64,000 nt of DNA from Nitrospirota bacterium (GCA_963710375.1 CAVPZX010000002.1:192001-256000), one strand, 5' to 3'. Counted from the stretch's first letter, positions 21,243-31,504 are shown. Translations and numbers: made by a program. Notes: generated by a model not told the origin, from the letters alone.

Positions 21243-21644
21243 TCACTTGCTTTCCCTTCTGGGCAGCGGCAGCGCAGTCGCCATTCCCTGTGCTATAAGC
21301 TTTCCGGATGTTTCACTCTCTGCCTTGAATTCGACCACCAGCAAACTTTTGCCCTTATGCACAGTCCTGGCCTCGGCCCGCACAAAATCTCCCTTTGTCG
21401 TAGAGCGGAATATGTTAAAACTGCACTGTACACCAACAGCGTCAACAATGGAGTTGACAGCCAGCGCGAATGCAACGTCCATCATCCCGAAGATAAGTCC
21501 GCCGTGGGCAATCCCGTGGGCATTGAGGAATTCTTCCTTCACCTCTGCCCGAACAACAGCATATCCCTCTGACGCTTCCACCAATTCCATGCCAAAGAGA
21601 TGAAAGAGCCTATCGCCCTCGATAATCTTCTTTATCCTGCCCAT
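21243..21644 (-). CDS. PaaI family hotdog thioesterase
   Basis: FLNAHGIAHGGLIFGMMDVAFALAVN. Confidence 0.88.
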   Translation of the reverse strand: MGRIKKIIEGDRLFHLFGMELVEASEGYAVVRAEVKEEFLNAHGIAHGGLIFGMMDVAFALAVNSIVDAVGVQCSFNIFRSTTKGDFVRAEARTVHKGKSLLVVEFKAESETSGKLIAQGMATALPLPRRESK

Positions 21645-21948
21645 CAAGCCCCCCGTTAAATCAGAAAGAACTCAGCGCCGGAGCCATATTATTTATTACC
21701 TTCGGTAGAAATTACAAGTAACTTTCCAGCGTACACTTCATTCTTGCGTGTCTTAGCCGGCAAATCAATATTTCCAATTCTAATTATCTACCCTTTATCG
21801 CATCTCCAGATCGAGGAAGGATAGGCGCATCACTCAAAATCTTTTTTTTCTCACCGTCCTGAACAAAACAGCAACTGTATCTTAGAAAATCTATCAGTCT
21901 GTAATAAACAACTTAAGCATATTAGTTATTAACGTGGAATAATTACCA

Positions 21949-21971
21949 TACTATGGAAACTTTCCATAGTA
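21949..21971. promoter_or_regulatory. Perfect palindromic operator candidate
   Basis: TACTATGGAAA-C-TTTCCATAGTA, 40 bp upstream of a sigma54 motif. Confidence 0.55.
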
Positions 21972-22011
21972 ATCCCATGCATGCTCCCTAAATAATCAAG
22001 AAGTTAGCTTT

Positions 22012-22027
22012 TGGCATTAGTATTGCA
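22012..22027 (+). promoter_or_regulatory. Sigma54 (-24/-12) promoter candidate
   Basis: TGGCA-TTAGTA-TTGCA with canonical spacing, upstream of the phosphoesterase operon. Confidence 0.65.
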
Positions 22028-22152
22028 GTGAAATACTGTCAGAGTCGCTGAACTCAAATATAATTAAGCAAGCAAAGGTGCACAACACCAATAACTGGGT
22101 TTATGACATTCGCGTTTGATAAATAAATTACGTCTTATTAAAGGAGGATTTT

Positions 22153-24226
22153 ATGATAAACGATGACTCAAAAAAGAGCAAGATTCTGGCTGGTACCGAT
22201 TTAACATTAGTTCGTGACAGCTCTGACTTTAATATGGTCCGTGGCATAACCCGACGGGATTTCGTTAAATATTCTGTCGGAACAGTTGCGGGCCTCTATC
22301 TCGGAACACTGTACACCGGGTGCGCCGGTAACAGTGGCGGCAGTCAGATTGCATCATATCCGATTGATCCATCCGGAGTCGTTACGACAGCGCAGCGGAT
22401 GATAACGTTCCCCATGCCTGGGATGAATGGTGCACCGGCGAACCCTACTGCTCCAGGTTCAGGCACAGGGCTTTACAAGACCGAACTTTGCCAGATTTCG
22501 CAATATGCACAGTTTGGATATGGCGTCTATACGCTTAACGGCGAACCTCTTCCTATAGTTCAGCGAACTGACCTTATGCCGTCAGGATATACCAATCCCA
22601 GCCCTGTCCGGCTTCAGAAGTTTGCGAGATTTTTTACCATAAGCGACCTCCATATCACTGATAAGGAATCTCCGAACCAGTCTGATTTATCTTCAGCAGG
22701 AGGATGCCCAATACGGAGCGCCTTCAACAGCAGTCTATTCGCCTGTAATGATGTATACAACCCATATCCTCGATGCTGCTATCCAGACAATAAATGCCCT
22801 TCACAATCAAATTCCATTTAATTTTGGCATTTCTCTGGGCGACACATGCAACAGCACCCAGTATAACGAGCTAAGGTGGTACATGGATGTCATTGACGGC
22901 AAAGTAATAACCCCCAGCACTGGTGCAAATCTAGGGGCCGCCACCATCGATTATCAAAGACCCTATCAGGCCGCCGGTCTCAATCCGGCAATCCCATGGT
23001 ATCAGACTATGGGCAATCACGATCATTTCTTTATTGGTTCTGTTCCAGTAGATGCAAATCCAGCTTTAGGTATTCGCAATGCTTACCTCAGTAACCAGAT
23101 TTGGGCAGCAGGTGATGTACTTGCCCCACTGCCACTCTCTACTCTGATATCAACCTTCCCTTGCACCCACGACACATATGCCGCGATAGAGGCGAGGTCT
23201 TTTTATATGGGCGTGTTCGACGGATCGACTCCAACCGGGACCATAAAAGGTGCGGGGTCTGTCACATCAATTAGCACTCCGCCGACAGTTGCAGCCGACC
23301 CGAATCGCCGCTCGCTTTTGAGAACCGAGTGGATACAGGAATACTTCAATACGACCACAAGTCCTGCCGGCCACGGATTCAACCTTGTAGACCCTTCCAT
23401 GCCGAGCGGTTTTACCTGTTATAGCTTTGTGCCGAATTCAGCTATCCCTCTCAAAATTATTGTGCTGGACGTTACCCAATCGGAAAACGACGGCTCGCAT
23501 GATATTCACGGGCATGGCTTCCTTGACACAACGCGGTGGGCCTGGCTGCAGGCCGAACTTGCCGCCGGGCAGGCTTCCAATCAGCTCATGATTATTGCCG
23601 CGCATAATCCGTTAGGTGTGGCAACAATCGGTTCTGAATATGAATGGTGGGAGTCTGCCAACGATCCCAATGCTACAATGTCTAACGCGGTGACCTTGAC
23701 AGAACTTGTTCAGACTCTATGGAACACGCCGAACCTTTTGATGTGGATTGCAGGGCACAGGCATGTCAACACAGTCAAGGGATTCCCTTCGCCCAATGCG
23801 CCAGAACAGGGCTTCTGGCAGGTAGAAACATGCGCACTTAAAGAGTTCCCGCAACAGTTCCGCACTTTCGACATATACCTGAACAGCGATTATTCAATTT
23901 CGATCGTCACAGTCAATGTTGATCCTGCGGTTGCAGCAGGAACTCCGGCAGCAACAGGGCGGTCTTATTCAATCGCAGCCTGTCAGATAATACAGAACAA
24001 TGCGGTTCAGAACAACGTAAATGCATCGTCAATACCTGGACTTGGCAATATCGATACCATGGATCCATCTCGTCCGCAGAACAATCAGACTGATCCAACG
24101 ATCAAGTACACAACGCTGGCCACTGTTCCGTACTGCGCATCTTACAATGCCGAACTGTTCAAATATTTGAATCCCAATTCCAGCATGTATGCAACATTGA
24201 AGGCGATGTTTCCAGCGGCTACTTAA
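22153..24226 (+). CDS. Tat-exported metallophosphoesterase lipoprotein (TIGR03768-like), frameshifted at 22681
   Basis: TRRDFVK Tat motif, LYTGC lipobox, SDLH, LGD, GNHD, AGHRH. Removing T22681 joins the two ORFs (PNQLIYLQQ...VMMYTTH). Confidence 0.8.
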
Positions 24227-24305
24227 GCGTAATCAGAGGTAAAGAATATAGATCCCCGGCATTCCATACCGAGGATTATAAAAAACATAAAGGAGTAATA
24301 AAATT

Positions 24306-25784
24306 GTGAAAAACAGTAAAGACAGTAAAGACGATTACTTGAATTCAGTTCTCGATGGTTGTGGTATAAAAGGGATAACCAGGCGTGATTTCATAAAGTA
24401 CTCGGCAGCAACTGTTGCCGGCACTTATCTCGCTGGTATGAGCGCATGCGGTGGAGGTGGAGGCGGGTCCTCCAACAGCACCTTCCCGGTGCTTGTTTTC
24501 TCGGATGTTCATTTCGATCCTCTTTACGATCAAACGCTTTATCCGTTGCTTAATTCTTCGGATCCCAGCCAATGGGCGAGTATTTTTCAGACATCAACAA
24601 TAACAACACCTCCAACATGGGGAAATGATACTAACTACCCTTTGCTCAAGCTCGCCCTTGCAAACATAAGTCAAAACCTTGGGTCGTGTCCGCTTGTTAT
24701 CTACACAGGCGATATTCTTGGGCATAACATTCCGAATAGGTTTTTCTCTCTTTACGGAAGTTCAGGTGTTGCCGCCACCGCAGCCTTAGAGGCATTTACT
24801 GATAAAGCGGTGTCATTCTTTACAAGTCAGGTGAGGGCTGCACTCGGGAATGTTCCAGTCCTGTTTGCTGTCGGGAACCTTGATTCTTATACTGGTTGGG
24901 GGCCGGACAGCGCTTTCCTTTCCAGTAATGCGGGAAACTTTTACACAAATTTCTTGAATGGAATTACGGACCAGCCGACTTTTAATAGCACCTTTACTGC
25001 CGGAGGATATTATACTTGCCGGCCGCTTGGAAAAAATCTGGTGGTGATAGGAATTAACACAATTTTGCTCGCCAATGGTGTCCCGGTTGACAACAGCGCT
25101 GCAGTGGCAACTGAAATTGCATGGCTTGATTCCCAGCTTGCTGCAGCCCAGGCTGCCGGCCAACAAGTGTGGCTTTTAATGCATGTGCCGCCTGGCGCTG
25201 TCGTAGCTGCAACGGTCGCAAACGGTCTTCCGGTTACAGCAACGTCAGCCTCTATGATGTTGGTGCCAAATTACCAGTCAAACCTTATGACCACACTTCA
25301 GAAATATCCGGGGCTTATAAGTTTAACGCTTGGAGCCCATACCCATATGGATGAATATCGCATCATGTCGCCCACTAATAATGTACTCGAAATAACACCT
25401 TCTATAGCCCCGTTTTTTGGCAATAACCCGGCTTTCAAGATATTTACAATTTCTTCCAGTACATATCAGCCTGTAGATTATGTTTCCATAAATTACGACC
25501 TCGCTACCTTGCCGTCACAGTTTAACAGCTATTACACTTTTTCGGCATCGTATGCTATGCAAGGTTCCCTGAATACTTCCTTAACAAATCTATATCCATT
25601 GCTTAAAACGAATAGCGCACAACAGTCACTTTACCAGGGGTACTATTTTTCCGGGAATAATTATTCTGCTCCAGCTGCCATTACCGAGAGTCTTCCGATT
25701 ACCGATGCGAACTGGCCTGTTTTCTGGAGCAGTATCGATAACATGGATGTAACAGCACTTATCAGTGGTATTAATACCTATTGA
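24306..25784 (+). CDS. Tat-exported acid sphingomyelinase/SMPDL3-like metallophosphoesterase lipoprotein
   Basis: TRRDFIK, MSAC lipobox, SDVH, TGD, GNLD, MHVPPG, AHTHMDE, PSIAP..NNPAF. Confidence 0.8.
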   Translation: MKNSKDSKDDYLNSVLDGCGIKGITRRDFIKYSAATVAGTYLAGMSACGGGGGGSSNSTFPVLVFSDVHFDPLYDQTLYPLLNSSDPSQWASIFQTSTITTPPTWGNDTNYPLLKLALANISQNLGSCPLVIYTGDILGHNIPNRFFSLYGSSGVAATAALEAFTDKAVSFFTSQVRAALGNVPVLFAVGNLDSYTGWGPDSAFLSSNAGNFYTNFLNGITDQPTFNSTFTAGGYYTCRPLGKNLVVIGINTILLANGVPVDNSAAVATEIAWLDSQLAAAQAAGQQVWLLMHVPPGAVVAATVANGLPVTATSASMMLVPNYQSNLMTTLQKYPGLISLTLGAHTHMDEYRIMSPTNNVLEITPSIAPFFGNNPAFKIFTISSSTYQPVDYVSINYDLATLPSQFNSYYTFSASYAMQGSLNTSLTNLYPLLKTNSAQQSLYQGYYFSGNNYSAPAAITESLPITDANWPVFWSSIDNMDVTALISGINTY

Positions 25785-25840
25785 TGCTGACAGATTGCGG
25801 GCTTAACCGTTTAAAAACGCACAAGAGGATTATTACCAGT

Positions 25841-27307
25841 TTGAATAGAATGTTTATTGTACGGTCACTGTTCTTGATTCTCGCTCTGGCGCTGCTGGCA
25901 GGATGTGGAGGCAGTTCCGGCTCCAGCTCCTATGTTCCATCTCCGCTAAGCGCCGGCAACATCAACCTGATCTTTGTGGTAAGCGACGATTTAGCTTACA
26001 ACGCTTCCGGCGACATCAATCCGAGCACGGCAAACCTCACCAATCAGGGTTTGCAGCGTTCGCTTCTAATGGCCACATACCTTCAACAGCAGGTGCTTGG
26101 AGCACAGAATGTAACCGGCATTTATGTCCTCGAACCGATGACCCATTTGCAAACCGCAAACAATTACCCTGACATGGTTGCAATTTGGTCCATTCAGCAG
26201 TTTGCCCTTCTCAACCAAGTCTCTTTATCTATCGGTACTGGCACGCCATATACCGGTAACAGCTACCCGCTCAATGCGTCATATGCATCAGGTTATGTGC
26301 CAAAAGGCGTTGCTACGCCGTTGTTTTCCTGTCCAGGTTGTCAAGGGCTGGATTTTAACGATACGGGAGGCAACAATGAAGCGCTGATAGCCGATATCGT
26401 AAAAGCAAATGTCCCCGGCTTTTATGTCTTCTCCGCTCCTTGGGAGACAACCATCGCCATGTTGGCAAATATCAACAAGCTTTACGGATATAACCTGAAT
26501 ATTCCCGCGTCATATATAAGCCCAAACTATGTCTATGCGATATCCATCTCCACATACGGAGGAGCCGGCCTGGTTACATATAACAGCAATCTGAACCCGC
26601 CTTCTACCTATCCTGTGTTGCCATCACCAGTGGCCGGCGCCTCATGCACAGCACAGGCACCTTTCAGCATCACAGTTACGGGGGGTAGTAATGGGGCTGT
26701 AATTCCCAAAGGAATCAACACCAACGAAACGGTTTACCTGATACGTCACGCCGAGGCGCATCCGTGGACCGGTTGGGACGACGGCAACTATGTGGGTGCG
26801 GGGCAATGGCGTGCGCTGTACCTTCCGAACGCCCTGAAAGGCAAAATCAGCCCAACACAGGTTTTTTCAATCGACCCCGCACAGGTTTATCCCGATTCGT
26901 TGGTTATTGCGGGTAATCCCAATTCTTCTTATGTCAGGCCCTCATTAACAGTAGAACCATATGCAATCGCCAATAACTTGCCCTATTATCTGGTCTCAGG
27001 TTTAGAGATATTCAATATTACGAACTCGCCCCAACTCACCAGCAATTTTTTCTTCTTTGGCAGCGCATTTTCCAATCAGGTAGTGCTACTGGCATGGGAG
27101 CACGGTCACTTTCCTCCAACAGTAGATGCGCTTGTTTCAAGCTATTTTCCATCCGGTGGTGGCCAAACCGCGCCAGCATGGCCGGACAGCGACTACGACA
27201 CTATCTGGACCGTGACACTCGACGCCAAGGGCAACCTGACGGTGAACAACGCTCTGTGCGAAGGCATAGATTCCACGCAGCTGCCAGTCACAGCACCTCA
27301 ATTCTGA
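25841..27307 (+). CDS. Histidine-phosphatase-superfamily lipoprotein (two-domain)
   Basis: LLAGC lipobox; degenerate N domain (LTNQGLQRS); C domain with IRHAE, RP..TVEP, LAWEH, WP..DYDTIW; exact start uncertain. Confidence 0.72.
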   Translation: MNRMFIVRSLFLILALALLAGCGGSSGSSSYVPSPLSAGNINLIFVVSDDLAYNASGDINPSTANLTNQGLQRSLLMATYLQQQVLGAQNVTGIYVLEPMTHLQTANNYPDMVAIWSIQQFALLNQVSLSIGTGTPYTGNSYPLNASYASGYVPKGVATPLFSCPGCQGLDFNDTGGNNEALIADIVKANVPGFYVFSAPWETTIAMLANINKLYGYNLNIPASYISPNYVYAISISTYGGAGLVTYNSNLNPPSTYPVLPSPVAGASCTAQAPFSITVTGGSNGAVIPKGINTNETVYLIRHAEAHPWTGWDDGNYVGAGQWRALYLPNALKGKISPTQVFSIDPAQVYPDSLVIAGNPNSSYVRPSLTVEPYAIANNLPYYLVSGLEIFNITNSPQLTSNFFFFGSAFSNQVVLLAWEHGHFPPTVDALVSSYFPSGGGQTAPAWPDSDYDTIWTVTLDAKGNLTVNNALCEGIDSTQLPVTAPQF

Positions 27308-27427
27308 CCGTCTCTACGGCGGCGGCTTTGTAGAGTTCTATTGGTTGAAACCGGGTTACAAGCATGAGTTCAAAAAGCTAGAGGCTCTCAAAAATAGCCA
27401 AGCTCTCAAAGGGGTCAAGCTCTCAAA

Positions 27428-28437
27428 GGGGTCAGACTTGACTATTGACATTTTAACCTTTTGTCCTTAATGCTTTTGATTACTTTTTCAATTTCCTTTT
27501 TTAGACCTTCCCTTTCTCTTAAATGCCTTGTGATCATCGCAGGGTCCTTTTTTGTGAATTCAGCTATCTCTTTACCTCTATGCCCGTATTCCCTTGCTGT
27601 AAGAGTCATTAGTTTTCTGCCAAGCGATATGTCCCTGTTTTTGCCTTTCCCTCTGATTTCTTTAAGTGTAATCCCATATGCTTCCTCTATCCCTCCTGCG
27701 ATTTCGGATAATTTATACTCCTTGGTCCTTCTACCCGATTCTATGCTTCTATCATAGTTCTCCATAACTTTGTCCGCAAACCTCTCATCTCCAAGTATCC
27801 TCTGGTCGATTGTGCTGTATAGTTCATCTTTTTTGGCTGATAAACCATCACCCATATATGCCCTGTAAAGCTTCCTCGCGGCTGTCTTGTCCTCTGAGAA
27901 CATCCTCAACACCTGATCTGTATCTATTATGTCTTTCCCGTCTGACTTTTTGGCATAACTATGCTGGCTGCTCCATTGATATTCATCGGGTGTCTTCACT
28001 ATACCTGCTCTCACGGGGTTAAGATGTATGTATTTGATTAGGGCAAGCAGATACTCATCCATGTCACATAATATTGCCTTATACCTACCCTGAAACAGAT
28101 GGCCGACTGTTTTGTATTTTCTGTTGAATCGTACTGTGTAGCTCTGGTTAACCCCCTGTAGTATTTTTGAAAGCGGCACCTTTGTTGTTTCGATTAACAG
28201 ATGTACGTGATTATTCATAAGAATATAGGCGTAAAGGTAATATTTGTATCTATCCTTGTATCTTCCAAGAATCTCAAGATATTTCTGTAAGTCTTCTGTG
28301 TCTCTGAATATCTTCTGTTTCTGATTGCCCCTCGTTATTACATGATAGAAGGCTCCCTCAAATTCTATTCTCGGTTTCCGCGCCATAAAAAAGATTAGCA
28401 ACTATTCTCTCAAATGTCAATAGTCAAGTCTGACCCC
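27428..28437 (-). mobile_element. TIR-bounded tyrosine (HUH) transposase element (TIRYT/RAYT-like)
   Basis: Perfect 26-bp inverted repeats GGGGTCAGACTTGACTATTGACATTT at 27428-27453 and 28412-28437 enclose one Y1 transposase. Confidence 0.88.
27442..28386 (-). CDS. REP-associated-type Y1 tyrosine transposase with C-terminal helical (DnaA_C-like) domain
   Basis: YHVITRGN, LMNNHVHLL (HUH), GHLFQGRY, YIHLNPVRAG, YQWSS; stop codon lies within the left TIR. Confidence 0.9.
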   Translation of the reverse strand: MARKPRIEFEGAFYHVITRGNQKQKIFRDTEDLQKYLEILGRYKDRYKYYLYAYILMNNHVHLLIETTKVPLSKILQGVNQSYTVRFNRKYKTVGHLFQGRYKAILCDMDEYLLALIKYIHLNPVRAGIVKTPDEYQWSSQHSYAKKSDGKDIIDTDQVLRMFSEDKTAARKLYRAYMGDGLSAKKDELYSTIDQRILGDERFADKVMENYDRSIESGRRTKEYKLSEIAGGIEEAYGITLKEIRGKGKNRDISLGRKLMTLTAREYGHRGKEIAEFTKKDPAMITRHLREREGLKKEIEKVIKSIKDKRLKCQ

Positions 28438-28489
28438 TATGGCCTGGCCTTTGGGGTGGCAAGTTAGCAGTCGTTCAAGAGACACTACA

Positions 28490-29788
28490 CTATAATTTTC
28501 TCTTGTCTATTACCCTTTGGGCCTTGCCACCAGGCCTCTCGATGGTATCCTTCTCCACAGGCCTGAACTCTACCGGTATGGAGAGTTCAGACGCAAGTCT
28601 GGCCTTAACTGTCTCGATGAACTCCCCGGGGTTTTTCATCTGCTCCGCGAGAATGGATTCGGATACCTCGAACAGCACGGTCAACTCATCCCTGGAGCCT
28701 TTGCGCTCAATTATGATCTGATAATGCGGCTCAGCGCCACCGATGTCGAAAAGCACAGACTCCACCTGGGATGGGAATATATTTATTCCCTTTACTTTTA
28801 TCATGTCGTCCGTCCTGCCCATAACTTTGCCCATTCTGACTAGTGTCCTGCCGCAAGGGCACGGCCCAGGCAGAAGACTGGTAAGGTCTCTTGTCCTGTA
28901 CCGGATCAACGGGAAGGCTTCATTTGTGAGGGTTGTAATGACCAGCTCGCCTGGTTTTCCAGGAGCGACGGGAGCAAGCGTTTCCGGATCAACCACCTCC
29001 ACCAAAAAATGGTCTTCATTGATGTGAAGACCGTTGCGTTCAAGGCATTCACCGGCAACGCCCGGTCCCATGACCTCGCTAAGCCCGTAATTGTCTGTTG
29101 CGATTATCTTGAGCTTTTCCTGAAGTTCCTGGCGAAGCCCTTCAGACCAGGGCTCGGCGCCGAAAAGGCCGTACTTAAGTGAAAACGAGTTGACGTTTAT
29201 CCGCATCTCGATTATCGTATCCGCAATGGCAAGCGCATAGCCCGGAGTACACACAAGCGCGGTTGTCCTGAAATCCTGCATTATTTTTACCTGCCCCCTG
29301 GTATTCCCGCTCGATGTCGGGATGACCGATGCGCCTAACCTCTCTGCACCGTAATGGAGGCCCAGCGCTCCTGTAAAAAGACCGTAGTCGAAGGCTATCT
29401 GAACGATGTCGTTCTGCGTAACTCCCCCGGCAGTAAGTATTCGGGCAGCGAGATTAGACCAATTTTTTATATCGTTGCTCGTATAGCCGACCACCGTAGG
29501 TGTGCCTGTAGTTCCTGATGAAGCCTGCATCCTGACAACTTCCCTTAAAGGGACGGCGAACATGCCGTAGGGATAGCTTTCTCTCAGGTCGTCCTTGGTG
29601 GTGAATGGAAGTCTTTGAAGATCTTCCAGTGAACGAAAACTGTCGGGGTCCATCGAAAGTTCATCGAATTGCCTTCTATAAAAAGGGACATTCATATATA
29701 CTCTGAACAGCGTTGACTGCAGGCGCTCCAGCTGCAACTGTTCGAGTTCCTCTCTCGGCATGCACTCCTTCACGGCTTCCCAGTACAT
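28490..29788 (-). CDS. paaK: Phenylacetate-CoA ligase family protein
   Basis: LPFTTKDDLR, SSGTTGTP, YGLSEVMGPG, RYRTRD, GRTDDMI. Confidence 0.9.
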   Translation of the reverse strand: MYWEAVKECMPREELEQLQLERLQSTLFRVYMNVPFYRRQFDELSMDPDSFRSLEDLQRLPFTTKDDLRESYPYGMFAVPLREVVRMQASSGTTGTPTVVGYTSNDIKNWSNLAARILTAGGVTQNDIVQIAFDYGLFTGALGLHYGAERLGASVIPTSSGNTRGQVKIMQDFRTTALVCTPGYALAIADTIIEMRINVNSFSLKYGLFGAEPWSEGLRQELQEKLKIIATDNYGLSEVMGPGVAGECLERNGLHINEDHFLVEVVDPETLAPVAPGKPGELVITTLTNEAFPLIRYRTRDLTSLLPGPCPCGRTLVRMGKVMGRTDDMIKVKGINIFPSQVESVLFDIGGAEPHYQIIIERKGSRDELTVLFEVSESILAEQMKNPGEFIETVKARLASELSIPVEFRPVEKDTIERPGGKAQRVIDKRKL

Positions 29789-29858
29789 AGCACCCCTCCT
29801 CTTTTAAAAAAATCTAATGTTGGATGTTCAGCTCAAATTATTCATAAATTCTGTCCAA

Positions 29859-29993
29859 GAGCGGGCAGGACATAGTGCCGTAGCGGGCGTCGGCAGCGCG
29901 AGACGCCATGGATGGCTGAACGGGCTGACGTCGCCTTCGAGCAAGGCGGGATGCCTTGCGAGATTTAGCCGAGGCACTGTGTCCTGACTGCTC
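29859..29993. repeat. About 135-bp palindromic intergenic element (family D)
   Basis: Arms GAGCGGGCAGGACATAGTGCC / GGCACTGTGTCCTGACTGCTC; internal hairpins GCCATGGATGGC and GCAAGGC-GGGAT-GCCTTGC. Confidence 0.7.
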
Positions 29994-30006
29994 GACACCC
30001 TCATGA

Positions 30007-30753
30007 TTAGGCTCCGACCTCTCTTCCCAGGTATGCCCTCTGGACATCCCTGTTCAATAAAAGGTCTTCAGCGGATTCCTGCAATATAATTCTTCCGGTT
30101 TCGAGCACGTATCCCGTGTCCGCTATTTTCAGCGCGCTGCGGGCGTTTTGTTCTATAAGAAGGACTGTGAGCCCCAATGTATTTCTGAGTTCTGTGATAT
30201 GGCCCAGAATGTCCTTCACTATAAGAGGCGCAAGCCCCATGCACGGCTCATCCAGAAGAAGCAGCTTAGGCCTTGCCATCAAAGCTCGCCCTATGGCGAG
30301 CATTTGTTGCTCACCTCCCGAAAGTGTCCCGGCAAGCTGCTTCCTTCTTTCCATGAGCGCAGGGAACATCGAATATATCTGTTCAATCTCATCTTTGATC
30401 CCTGAGCGTTTCCTGAACGAATAACGATGGTATGCGCCCAGGAGCAGATTGTCTTCAACTGTCATTGGCTTGAACACAAGGCCCCTTTCAGGCACCTGGG
30501 ATATGCCAATGGCAACAATCTTTTCCGCACTATATTCGGTTATATCAGTCCCGTCATACACGATACTCCCGCCGCTCGGTTTGATAAGTCCTGAGAGCGT
30601 CTTCAGGAGTGTGGTCTTTCCGGCGCCGTTGGCGCCTATCAGAGCGACGATATCCCCCCTGTTGACATGCATGGAAACCCGTTTGACAGCATGTATCTTG
30701 CCATAATGTACGTCAACGTTTTTCAGCACCAGCAGCGTCTTGTTACTCATCAT
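30007..30753 (-). CDS. livF: Branched-chain amino acid-type ABC ATPase (LivF-like)
   Basis: GANGAGKT, LSGGEQQMLAIGRAL, LLLDEP. Confidence 0.9.
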   Translation of the reverse strand: MMSNKTLLVLKNVDVHYGKIHAVKRVSMHVNRGDIVALIGANGAGKTTLLKTLSGLIKPSGGSIVYDGTDITEYSAEKIVAIGISQVPERGLVFKPMTVEDNLLLGAYHRYSFRKRSGIKDEIEQIYSMFPALMERRKQLAGTLSGGEQQMLAIGRALMARPKLLLLDEPCMGLAPLIVKDILGHITELRNTLGLTVLLIEQNARSALKIADTGYVLETGRIILQESAEDLLLNRDVQRAYLGREVGA

Positions 30754-31504
30754 CCACTCCAAGATATGCCGCTATGACGGCAGGGTCCTTCTGTATCTCG
30801 TGGGGAGGGCCTTCGGCTAATATCTCCCCGAAATTCAGGACAGTTATCCTGTCGCTTATTTGCATCACAAGGTCCATGTCATGCTCGACAAGGATTATAG
30901 TTATATTCATTTCGCTCCGTATCCTTTGCAGCACGCAGCCAAGACTGCGGGTCTCTTTAATGTTCAGCCCTGCAGCAGGCTCGTCGAGCAGAAGGAACCT
31001 GGGTTCGGTTGCAAGCGCCCTTCCGATTTCCAGGGTTCTTTGTTCCCCTATCGGGAGATTTGACGAAATATCGTTTGCCCTATGTCCGAGATTGATATAT
31101 TCAAGGATTTCTTTGCTCCTGCGCCTGGTCTCCTCCTCTTCTTTTACGGCAAAAGGCAGTCTGAGGCCTGAAGAGATGAAACCCGATTTTGTCTTTGAAT
31201 ATCTGCCGACCATGATGTTTTCGAGCAACGTCATGTCTCCGAACAATTCCAGATGCTGAAACGTACGGGAGATGCCCTGCCTCGATCTTCTTAGAGAAGA
31301 CATATTGCTTATGTCAATACCTGAGAGGAAAACCGCACCCCTATCCGGGGCGTCCATGCCGGTGATAATATTTAGAAGGGTTGTTTTCCCAGCCCCGTTT
31401 GGACCGATAAGCGCGCTCAGAGAGTTTTCTCTGACGCTGAAATTCACGTTGTTCAGGGCCGTCAGGCCTCCGAAACGTTTTGTCACCTCTTTAACTTCGA
31501 GCAA
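30743..31504 (-). CDS. livG: ABC ATPase (LivG-like)
   Basis: GPNGAGKTT, RTFQ, LDEPAAG, VEHDM, VIAAYLG. Confidence 0.9.
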   Translation of the reverse strand: MLEVKEVTKRFGGLTALNNVNFSVRENSLSALIGPNGAGKTTLLNIITGMDAPDRGAVFLSGIDISNMSSLRRSRQGISRTFQHLELFGDMTLLENIMVGRYSKTKSGFISSGLRLPFAVKEEEETRRRSKEILEYINLGHRANDISSNLPIGEQRTLEIGRALATEPRFLLLDEPAAGLNIKETRSLGCVLQRIRSEMNITIILVEHDMDLVMQISDRITVLNFGEILAEGPPHEIQKDPAVIAAYLGVDDE

